From: Somniosus microcephalus
Taxonomy: Eukaryota
Direction: 5' to 3'
DNA length: 64,000 bases
Assembly (NCBI GenBank): GCA_052327205.1
Contig: CM126209.1
Coordinates: 148,490,001 to 148,554,000 of the forward strand
Positions 52,982-62,525 of this stretch are shown piece after piece. The first letter of the stretch is position 1, and the number at the start of each line of letters is the position of its first letter. Position numbers and translations under genes: made by a program. The notes beneath the pieces were generated by a model. It was not told the DNA's origin. It was given only the letters and a program-made list of their open reading frames with translations, and made no database searches.

Positions 52982-54124
52982 ATGGGGGCTGCATGGGGTT
53001 CCAACCCTCAGTTCCAGCATTATATGCGAAGGGCTCGCAGACGCTGTGTGAGAGGGGCAGCCATGCCTAGACGCAGAGGGGCCATCAGGCGTCGGCAACG
53101 TAGGCCTTACCCACTCAGGGTATACCGCCAGCAGGTGTCCTATCTCACCATGACTGCCGCGCAGTGTGTTAAGAGGCTGCGCTTCAGAAGGGAGGTGGTT
53201 GCAGAGATCTGCCAGCTGCTTCACAGAGATCTGCGTCCACAGCTGATGTGCAGGACGTCTCTGTCGGTGGAAGTGAAGGTCACGGTGGCTCTGAACTTTT
53301 ATGCAAGCGGCTCCTTCCAAGCCGCTGCTGGGGACATAGCTAACATCTCCCAGTTCGCCGTGCATCGCTGCATCCGGCAGGTCACCGATGCCCTTTTCAC
53401 AAGGAGACACCAATTCATCTCCTTCCCCATGACCCTAGAGAGGCAGGAGCAGCGTGCAGTCGGATTTGCAAGGATTGCCGACTTCCCCATGGTGCAGGGC
53501 GCCATTGACTGCACGCATGTGGCTTTGCGGGCACCTATCGACAATGCCGAGGATTACCGCAACCGGAAGGGCTACCATTCCCTCAATGTACAGCTGGTGT
53601 GTGACCACAGGCAGCGCATCCTAGCTGTCAATGCCCGCTTTCCAGGCAGCAGCCACGATGCATTTATCCTGCGCCAGACTACTGTGGCTGACATGTTCCA
53701 GGCACAGCCTCCCCCAAGAGGATGGCTTATCGGGGACAAAGGCTATCCTTTGTGTACATGGCTCATGACCCCGCTCCGCGCACCCAGGACCTCTGCTGAG
53801 GAGGCATACAACGAAAGCCATCAAGCCACAAGGAACATCATAGAGCAAACGATTGGCGTCCTCAAGCAACGGTTCCGCTGCCTGGATCGCTCCGGTGGAT
53901 CTCTGCAGTATTCGCCGGATAGAGTCTCCCAGTTCGTCGTCGTTTGCTGCATGCTGCACAACCTGGCTATCCGCAGGACTCAGGCACTGCTACCTCACGT
54001 TGGACCACCACCTCAGGAGGATGAGCAGGAGGACCATGAGGAGGAGGAGGAGGAGTACCAGCCCAGGAGGGAGCCACAAGGTCCAAGGGCCGTCCGTCGG
54101 CGGCTTATTGAACGACACTTCTAG
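52982..54124 (+). CDS. Harbinger DDE transposase (HARBI1-like), 380 aa
   Basis: GAIDCTH, NRKGYHSLNVQLVCD, PGSSHD, GDKGYP, YNESH..TRNIIEQTIGVLKQRF and CCMLHN. The ATG at 52982 is homologous to the ATG at 701 in the deleted copy. Confidence 0.95.
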   Translation: MGAAWGSNPQFQHYMRRARRRCVRGAAMPRRRGAIRRRQRRPYPLRVYRQQVSYLTMTAAQCVKRLRFRREVVAEICQLLHRDLRPQLMCRTSLSVEVKVTVALNFYASGSFQAAAGDIANISQFAVHRCIRQVTDALFTRRHQFISFPMTLERQEQRAVGFARIADFPMVQGAIDCTHVALRAPIDNAEDYRNRKGYHSLNVQLVCDHRQRILAVNARFPGSSHDAFILRQTTVADMFQAQPPPRGWLIGDKGYPLCTWLMTPLRAPRTSAEEAYNESHQATRNIIEQTIGVLKQRFRCLDRSGGSLQYSPDRVSQFVVVCCMLHNLAIRRTQALLPHVGPPPQEDEQEDHEEEEEEYQPRREPQGPRAVRRRLIERHF

Positions 54125-54237
54125 GCCACCTGTCAGGGAATGGCTCGTGGCAATGAAGGGACATGAATGCAGCCGCTCCGCAAGCCCTCAGCCGGTTAAC
54201 GCAACAACCACTTCAAACATCACACATGGACAAGCTG

Positions 54238-54257
54238 AATAAAGAAAAAGCTTTATT
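54238..54257. terminator. Paired poly(A) signals for the two convergent genes
   Basis: AATAAA on + at 54238-54243 and TTTATT (AATAAA on -) at 54252-54257. Confidence 0.65.
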
Positions 54258-54379
54258 GAACAAACTCAGGGCCCTTCCCACATGAAACCCAAAAACACAC
54301 AACACCCCCAAAAAACAGTCAAAAACATATCTCACTCCCACAACCTGGGGAGGAATAACAAAACTTGTCCATCCAAATG

Positions 54380-54599
54380 GCCTTCATCCTCGGCCTTACC
54401 AAAAGAACCCCCCCCATAGACAGCACAAGCACCCCCATATAAAAAACATTTGCCTTCATCCTCGGCCTTACCAAAAGAACCCCCCCCATAGACAGCACAA
54501 GCACCCCCATATAAAAAAACATTTGCCTTCATCCTCGGCCTTACCAAAAGAACCCCCCCATAGACAGCACAAGCACCCCCATATAAAAAAACATTTGCC
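54380..54599. repeat. ~72-bp tandem repeat x3 in the Myb-gene 3' UTR
   Basis: CCTTCATCCTCGGCCTTACC starts at 54381, 54453 and 54526. Confidence 0.92.
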
Positions 54600-54607
54600 A
54601 ACACACT

Positions 54608-56163
54608 CTACTTTGTGTGCCGAGAGGGCGAGTCCTTGTCCAGCCTTTTCCGGCCCCTGGCCGACCTGCTGCTCCGCCTCAACCTGGGCCCTGTGGGTGT
54701 TGCAAGGCTGGGGGAAGGCTCCTGAGGGGCACATTGCGTGACGGCAGATGCCCTTGGGGGTCGGCCTAGACGAGCTCTGGCCCTCGAGGGGCCGGCTGCT
54801 GACTGCTGCAGCTGTGGCTGGGCAGCATCAGTCTCTCCAGCAGCTCGTCGCAGCTTTGCTGGGGGAGTGGCAGTGGCGGCTGCAGCAATGGGGGCAAGCT
54901 GGCTGATGCCAGGCACTCGCTGGTCGCCAGAGACACTGGCACTCGGCCGGACTGGCACTGCAGCAAGCGCAGCAATCTGGTGAAGGCCAGACCGCTGTGC
55001 TGCAGCAGCGCGGCGGGTGCCCTGGCGATGCATGCGTGACACAGCGAGTGTGGCAGCAGTGAGTGCCCGTACTGCCCTGGTCTGTGCCCGCATCAGACCA
55101 GCCAGTGACTGCACGGCACCACTGATCAACTGTCCACTCGCTGCCTGTGCTGCCCTGAAGTCGTCCCGACTTGCGTCCTGTGCTGCCCTGAATTCGGCCC
55201 AACTCGCGTCCTGTGATGCCTCGAATTCGGCCCGACTCGCGTCCTGTGATGCCTCGAATTCGGCCCGACTCGCGTCCTGTGATGCCCCGAATTGTGCCCG
55301 ACTCGCGTCCTGTGATGCCCCGAATTGTTCGAGACCCCTGGCCTGTGCTGCCGCGAGTTGTTCAAAACCCCTGGCCTGTGAGGCCCCGAAATCGGACACA
55401 CTATGAGCCAGGGACTCAATGGCCTCAGGCAACCGTGCCACAACCACCATGAACTCGGTGTGCCGACGATCCGAGTCCGCGGACATTTGATCAAGGAGGC
55501 GCACCTCCTGGGCGACGACCGTCTCCGGACTGGAGGCCGGACTCTTCCTCTGGGGAGAAGGCCGCCGAGCTGCCCAACCCTTCCCGCGTGGCTGCATGCC
55601 ACTGGGCCCAGCAACTACACTCCCTTGCAACACTTCCCCCCTCTGGGGAGAAGGCCGCCGAGCTGCCCGACCCTTCCCGCGTGGCTGGACGCCACTGGGC
55701 ACAGGAGCTACACTCCCCTGCAACACTTCCCCCCTCTGGGGAGAAGGCAGCCAAGCTGCCCGACCCTTCCCGCGTGGCTGGACGCCACTGGGCACAGGAG
55801 CTACACTCCCCTGCAACACTTCCCCCCTCTGGGGAGAAGGCAGCCAAGCTGCCCGACCCTTCCCGCGTGGCTGGACGCCACTGGGCACAGGAGCTACGCT
55901 CCCCTGCAACACTTCCCCCCTCTGGGGAGAAGGCAGCCGAGCTGCCCGACCCTTCCCGCATGGCTGGACGCCACTGGGCACAGGGGCTACACCCCCCTGC
56001 AACACTTCCCCCTGCCTGTCCTCCAGGGAAGACGTGTCCCCTCCATTGCCATCCCCTGGCGCGGATGAGGGTTCCCCCGATGTGCCGCCTTCCTCTTGCT
56101 CCTCCTCGTCCTCCTCTTCCGAGGGACTGACACTCGCAGCTTCAGGGACCTCCTCCTCACCAG
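54608..56163 (-). CDS. Harbinger Myb/SANT-like partner protein, exon 3
   Basis: ttcctgctttcag acceptor, phase 1, in frame with the 465-aa ORF. Acidic tract, repeats and a basic C-terminus. Spliced CDS 237+163+1556 = 1956 nt (651 aa). Confidence 0.88.
55143..55390. repeat. 33-bp coding tandem repeat (~7 units, ASQDASRAEFE)
   Basis: CGACTCGCGTCCTGTGATGCC recurs every 33 bp. Confidence 0.9.
55547..56011. repeat. 93-bp coding tandem repeat x5 (31 aa)
   Basis: TGGGGAGAAG at 55551, 55644, 55737, 55830 and 55923. Confidence 0.95.
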
Positions 56164-56322
56164 CTGAAAGCAGGAAGGCACAAGAGTAGCTTTAGAGTGA
56201 GGACAGGGCGTCAGCGAGGGAGGCATGAGTGGTGGCATTCTGCGCATTGGTCGGACAGTGGCAAAGGATGTAGATCTGAAGCGCAAGGGGAACGAGAGAG
56301 GTCCAAACGGTCATGTCCTTAC

Positions 56323-56485
56323 CATTGGGGCCCAGCACAGGGTCGGCATCTCCAATTGCAACGGAGCCAATCACCCGGGCACCCATGACTCGACCCACGC
56401 GCTCCTCCAGGTCACTGAGCTGCTGGAACTGGGCACGGCCTCCCCCGGTGACAGTCCGGCTCTTCAGATTCTGGGCCAGCTTGGC
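56323..56485 (-). CDS. Harbinger Myb/SANT-like partner protein, exon 2
   Basis: tctttctcttgcag-type acceptor|AKLAQNLKSRTVTGGG...LSDLEERV...|GTAAGG. TGGG..L..EE is typical of these proteins. Confidence 0.88.
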
Positions 56486-56716
56486 CTGCAAGAGAAAGGA
56501 CGGCCTCTAAGTACAGTGTGGTGCCCTGTTGTTGTGTGCACTGCCTCCCATGGTCGAATAGCTTGGCCAGTGTGTAAAGTGCAGAAAGTGCAATTGATGT
56601 TCATGCCAGTGCCATAGCTGCTGGATGAAGGCTGGCCATTAGGCCTTTGAGGTCCCTTTGCCCATAATGTGAGGTGCACATGCAAGGATGAGGAGGACAC
56701 TGGAAAGGGTACTCAC

Positions 56717-56953
56717 CCTGACAATCCGAGTGAGGTCGTTAAACTTTTTCCGGCATTGGACACCAGTCCTGGGGACATCGCTGTTGGCTGTGACCCTCTG
56801 GGCGATTTCCCTCCAGGCTCTCCTGTACACCCTCTTGGGAGGCTTCTTGCCACTGTCCGGGAACAAGATATGGCTTCTCTTCTCCAAAGCCCTAACCAGC
56901 ACCTTTAAATCATGGGCAGAGAAGCGCTGCGCTCGCTCACGGGCCCTCTGCAT
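56717..56953 (-). CDS. Harbinger Myb/SANT-like (trihelix) partner protein, exon 1
   Basis: MQRARERAQRFSAHDLKVLV...LF...AWREIAQRV...RTGVQCRKKFNDL...|GTGAGT. Confidence 0.92.
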
Positions 56954-57360
56954 CCTTCCTGGCGCTATTTCTCTCCAGCAGCAGTGTTTAGGCCTAGCTG
57001 GAGGGCTGCAGTATCCAGGGCGTGGCAGCAGACCAAGTCGACCCTTCCCCCTTTAAGAGCTGGCCGGCACCAGGGTGTCTGCTGTCAATCAAAACATGAC
57101 CGCACCTGCGCTGCGCCCGGCCTCGGCGGTATCAGTCTGCACCGCCGGCTTAGCGCCTAAAGATAGCCGTGCAACGCCAGTTTTAGCGCTCGAGCAAACT
57201 CCTTGGCCAAAGCTACTGAATATCGGCGAAGTGGCCTCCACTTTCCGGCGGGCGCAAACATTAGCGGCCGCCCGACTTTACCGCCCCAAAAGTGGCTATA
57301 CTGAATTTCTAGGCCATTAGATATAATCCAGTAGCAATTAGAGGGTATTGCTGAAATACT

Positions 57361-58134
57361 GGGGTAGAAATTAATTTCTGCTGCTCAGCTGGTACGAACT
57401 GTTCCCTGCGCCGATCAGGTAGGCCTGAGGACTAATGGATATTGGGCCTCAGACCTCATTTTAATAAGTCTGGCAAGCTGCCAAAGCCTATCACTCATCC
57501 CCAGGCAGTTCACCGGTGGGGCGGAGGTCAATTTCGGGCCACTGCAACGCAAGCAGCGGCTCTCAGTTAAGTGCTGGGGGGGGAGGGGAAGAAGAGTAGG
57601 GGGCAATCACCAGACTCTTGCTTCTTCTGGCTCCACATGACCGTTTGGAAGAAAAAAAATGAAAAGCTTACCCTTTTAGTGGCAGCCGCTTTCTAAAACA
57701 CATCTACTCTTGGAAAAGCTGAGTGGCACACGATTGCGCCTGCTCCCCTCAGGGTAACCCAATTTCAGGAAAGGGGTCCTGATACAGGTGTTAGGTCCCT
57801 CATTAGCATATGCAAGTGGCCTAACGCCTGTTTGAGGCTGATACAGTCACGCCTCTGGAGTGCCCGAAGCAAAATGGCGGCAGACGTGTTTCTGGTGCTG
57901 TTCGAGCGCGGAAGGTTGTTCCCTTAATGTGGACCTCTGTGCCGCTGCTTTCCACCTGGAAAACGGGCCCAAGGTGATCCAATTTCTAAAAGAAAATACT
58001 GCAGATGCTGGAAATCTGAAATGAAAAACAGAAAATGCTGGAGAAACTCAGCAGGTCAGGCAGCATCTGTAACTTCTTCAAGGTGGGCATTCCTGGAAGA
58101 GAAGTGGCAATGATTTAAATCCAATTTCTACCCC
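57361..58134. mobile_element. Harbinger-type MITE
   Basis: Perfect TIR GGGGTAGAAATT / AATTTCTACCCC with flanks ACT / ATT. Confidence 0.82.
57989..58118 (-). mobile_element. 130-bp Penelope-terminus insertion with a 12-bp TSD
   Basis: ATCCAATTTCTA at 57977-57988 and 58119-58130. 57989-58070 is the reverse complement of ~52314-52395. Confidence 0.75.
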
Positions 58135-58495
58135 ATTGACTATTAAGCAGTTGCCTATCAATGTCATGTGCGTAGCCAAACTATATCTTTCATCAATATT
58201 AAAGAGCACATTACAGTTGGAACTCTAGGAGTCAGATTTTGGTTCTCTGAAGGAGAACCAGAATATTAAACCAGGATATTAGTTTAGGAGGGTGGTAATT
58301 TTTAACCTGCAGTCATTAACATAGGAAACTCCTCTTTAAGATGATAAAATAGTTTGAATTGTATACAGAGTTTGGATAGCTGCATCGCTACCACATAGCT
58401 TATGCCTGCAATTATATAAAGGGAGAGTTATACAAAACTCTTGCCAAAATGATCCCCCCACGTTTGTTGAGTCATCTGTGTAGGATGATGCTCCT

Positions 58496-58880
58496 GCTTT
58501 TCAAGTGTAACAATTATGCAATTAACACAGTCCAAAAAAAACAATGTAAGCATAAGACCAGAAGCAGCACTCTGAATCAATAACAATTTTGAGTCACTCC
58601 ATTATGAAGAGCTAGTTGTGTTTAATGATTGCAAAATGACACTAATTATTCTCTGGTCTTACTCTTTCCATTAGTTACAAAGCCTAACTTTGTAAAATCT
58701 AGGACATTTACAGTAATTAATTTTAGTTGTTGTAATACTATTTTCATTACATTGCAGTGACCGAGATTAATCATTTAAGCCTGCTTACTTTTACAGCTTT
58801 CATAATGTAAAAAAAATCAACAAATAATACATTAATATTCCATCTGTTTTTAAAAGCCACATCAAACATTAAATAGACAT
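58496..58880 (-). repeat. Right arm of long-range inverted repeat (uninterrupted)
   Basis: The reverse complement is collinear with 10643-10862 joined to 11733-11888. Confidence 0.92.
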
Positions 58881-60803
58881 TGTACCAAATTCCTCAGTGA
58901 TTGAATTTCCACAGCTCCCAGCAGTTCTCTAAGTCCTTTTTGACATTTCTCAAGGGTAGTTTGGAGTGAGGCTGATGACACTATCTTGTTTCTCATTCAG
59001 GATTGTGCCGCTTGCTCTTGTGCTCTTTGTTTATCTATTGGGACTGAGGTCAGATTGGTTCTGTTGGCTGCTTGCGGAGCACTTTGTGCTTTCTGGATGG
59101 AAATATTTGGGGTTGGGAGAGACTTCACTGTGGCTCATGTGTGCATCCTGGAGGAGCTGGAGGGTTATATCAAAGTGGACTCCGTGGCTGCTCTGTAGTT
59201 CTCCCGTATCTATGTTACTCTCTCCTTTTTCATCTGTATTCCTATCTCTCTTACTGTGTCTCTGTTACTCTTTTTCTTTGTTACTTTCCACCTTTGTCCA
59301 TATTTGTCTTTCTGTTACTCTCCTTATGTCTGCATTAATCTTTCCTTTTCTGTCTGTGTCTTTGACCAAGCTTTTGATCACCTGTCCTCATATCTCCTTA
59401 TGTGGCTCGGTGTCTGATAATACTCCTGTGAAGCACCTTGGGACATTTTACTACATTAAAGGTGCAAACATGCTATATAAATGCATGTTGTTAATGTGTT
59501 TCTGTTAATCTGTCTCTATATTCCATTTACTCTTTCTGTTTCTTTCTTACGTCTTTTACTCTCCCACTTCCTGTTTTTGTAAAGTTGTAAAAAAAAAGTC
59601 ACTGCCCTTCATACGCACAAACTTGAGGGGCAGAATAAGGTATCAATGAGTTGTGTCTAATGTGTGCAAAGCCAACTTTACCATTGCCTACTTGCAACTC
59701 ACTTGCAAATAACATGCTTATTGGATGAAGCACCATGTATGTGATTTGTACCCTGTTAATGGGAAGAATGGTCTCTCAAAGTTGTGGTAGTAGATATCAT
59801 TCTATTCTTTAGGAATAATTTATTATAATAATAATAATAATCAACTTTATTGTCATTGTTAGTGCACAAGTGCAGTACAACGAAATGTAGGCTTGCGGCT
59901 CCCGAGAGTGTACATTTAGATTAAGACATTTAAACATTCAACATTTTTAGTAATTTAGGATAAATTTCCAATTAAATTTCATCTAACATGATAATAGAAT
60001 TACTAACTTCAAAAGTAACCTAAATCTGCAACTTGTTATCAAACAAGATTTTTAGTTGAAATGTATTTTCTTTTACAAATCTTTAAACTGACCTTTTGCG
60101 GAGAGTGCTTTTTGACAGGAACCTTTTCATCACAGTTTTGGCATCAAACTTTCAGTCCTCCAAGTGCACAGTGTAACTACCTACATTGAATTATGAACTA
60201 CCTACATGCATGCACAATGTCACACTATAATTTAGGCCCATGCCTACTCCATTCCTATTACCTGCCGCATTATACGTCGCATGGAGGGGTAAAACCAGAA
60301 AATAGGTTAAAACTATCCAAATCGTGGCAAGCCAACTGCTTAATAAAAAAACAAAATTTCTATCATCATGGACGTTTGAAACACAGATAAGATAGACACC
60401 ACTGTTACCAGCTGTTGGAGAGGATCACTGTCGTATTGGCCCATTCTGAATATTTCTATTTACAATTACAACAATAAATATTTTACAGTTTTTTTTTACC
60501 ATTGATGGTAGAAGTGAGAACATTGTACTAGAGGAAGTTATGGAACAATTGTTAGAGAAAAGAAATCTGTTCTAAAAAAAAATTAGCAGATCTCAACGTG
60601 GATAAGTCAACAGGTCCTGAAGGCATCCATTGTAGGCTGATGAAAAATGTCAGGGAGGAGACACCAGATAGCTTTGGCCACAATTTTTCAATTCTCATTC
60701 AAATTGTGCTTTGAGACTGGAGAGTAGTCAATGTAATGTCTTTTTTCAAGATGGAAAAAATGATAAACTAGATAATTATAGATCAGCTGTGGGCAAACTC
60801 TTA

Positions 60804-61643
60804 GGGGGAATTTTAACCCCAAAAAACAGGGGGGAGGTTAAAGAGTTAAAAAACGGAATCCCGACCCCAACCCACCCATTTCCGGTTTTAACAGAGGCAG
60901 TACGAGGGGCGGGCAGCCAACCCACTCCGAGGTGGAGCGCCCATTTAAATGTTATACTGAGGCTGGCGTGCCTCATGGTGATCCACCATTTCAAATTTAA
61001 CAATGGCTGCTCGGCTTTCCCAGGCCTAGGGCACCCGTCAGCTAAAGGAAGGTGAGGACTGCTGGATCCAGCATCGCTGCCTCACCCACCCGATCATCCT
61101 CTGGCCCATCACCCCCCCCCCCCCCCCCACCTGCCTCCCCCGGATCATCCTCAGGCGATCGGGCACCTCCCTGAGGCTGCTGATCCACCCCACGAGGCCT
61201 CCGATTTCTCCCCGACCTCCCCTCCTCGAGGCCTCTGATTTCTGCCCCCCCCACCCCCCAGAGAGGCTTCTGATACCCCTTCTGTCCTCCAACCTCCCCC
61301 CTCCGGCACCCGATCGCCTTCCCGACCCCCCCCCCCCCCCCCCGGCCCTGACCAACCCCCACCCCCCCCCTCCCCGATCCTCCTCTGGCCCCGATTCAAC
61401 CACCTCCCTTGATTCCTCCCTCCCTCCTCTCTGTGGTCTAGTGCCACAGTCCTACCCACCCGCAGCCAGCCAGTCTCTCTATCAGGCTGGCTGCGGGTGG
61501 GAAACAGAGCTTCGGAATGCTAATCAGGCCCTGCCATTAAATTCGGCTGGGCCCCGCGGGAAACCCATTCTCCCTGGTTTCCTGACCGTTTTCTGGCCCC
61601 CCCCACCCCACTCCTGACCTGCCTCCAGATTAGAATTCCAGCT
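60804..61643. mobile_element. Harbinger-type MITE, TTA TSD, inside an old CR1 (~60530-63750)
   Basis: The host reads AAACTC-TTA[..]TTA-GAATCC. C-rich low-complexity centre. Confidence 0.75.
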
Positions 61644-62525
61644 TTAGAATCCATAATTCAAGATAAAATGAGCAAACATTTAGAACTGTATGGGCTAATC
61701 AAGGGCAGCCAGCACCAATTTTTTAAAGAAAGATTGTGCTTGATACTTTAATAGAGAGGTAATAATTGAAGTCAGATCAGGTGTTCAAACTTGCTGCCGT
61801 AGTGACAGTAGACGGTGCTACCTGTAAGTGGTTAACACTGAATGCCGGGCGGCAGTCAAGTAAAATGGCCACATCCAGAAAGTGCCAACAGCTTTGGGTG
61901 GATGGGTGGATGAGTGCCTGGAGGAGCGCAGTGAGACTCTTGATGGAGGAAATGCCATCAAAGACCGATTGAGCTAATCATTGAATTAGCCAAATACATC
62001 CACAACCTGCAAGCTGTGATGCAACTGCTGTACATAACAAGTCAATGAAAGCAACCATGGACATCAACAGCAGCAACAACAACAACAACCTGCATTTATC
62101 TAGCGCCTTTAACGTGGTAAAACTTCCCAAGGCGCTTCACAGGAACCTATCAAACATAAATTGACACTGAGCCACTTAAGGAGCATCTTACAGGAGGAGA
62201 GAGAGGTAGAGAGGCTTAAGGAGGAAACGCTACAGCTTAGGGCCTAGGCAGCTGAAAGCACAGACCGTCCAAAACACAACAACATGTTTCAGGTGTGTAG
62301 GACAGTCACAGGAGCGGCAATGATATTTGACTGATGATGATGAACTAATTGGATAGATAAAGGTACTGCCTTGTATTATATTACGATGTAGTGTATCCAA
62401 TCAACTACATTTGGATGCAGTGTATTTTCGATATTCAGAAGGCATTTGATAAGGTGTCTCACAAGAAGCTTATTAGAATAAATGAGGCACATGGGATAAG
62501 GTGAAGTGTAGCATGGATAAACAAT

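Larger units (their letters stand above)
52482..57315 (+). mobile_element. Apparently intact autonomous PIF/Harbinger DNA transposon (4834 bp)
   Basis: Perfect 15-bp TIRs GGCCTAGAAATTCAG (52482-52496 / 57301-57315) with an ATT TSD on both sides. Two uninterrupted convergent genes. CpG-rich. Confidence 0.96.

Noticed and set aside
52982-54124. Domesticated host HARBI1 gene
   Set aside because: It lies within TIRs and a TSD, with a Myb partner and multiple decayed relatives, so it is a transposon gene.
54380-56011. CRISPR-like arrays
   Set aside because: Units are contiguous tandem repeats without unique spacers, in a eukaryotic transposon, with no cas genes.
55403-56189. Long overlapping ORFs in several other frames
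   Set aside because: A by-product of a GC-rich 93-bp repeat that lacks stops.
58966-59508. 180-aa hydrophobic ORF resembling a membrane protein
   Set aside because: GTG start, T/C-rich low-complexity sequence, and it runs into an L2/SINE-type tail. No recognisable domain.
61080-61430. C-rich tract (G-quadruplex or Gly-rich ORFs)
   Set aside because: Low-complexity centre typical of this MITE family, also seen at 3030-3200 and 51720-51905.
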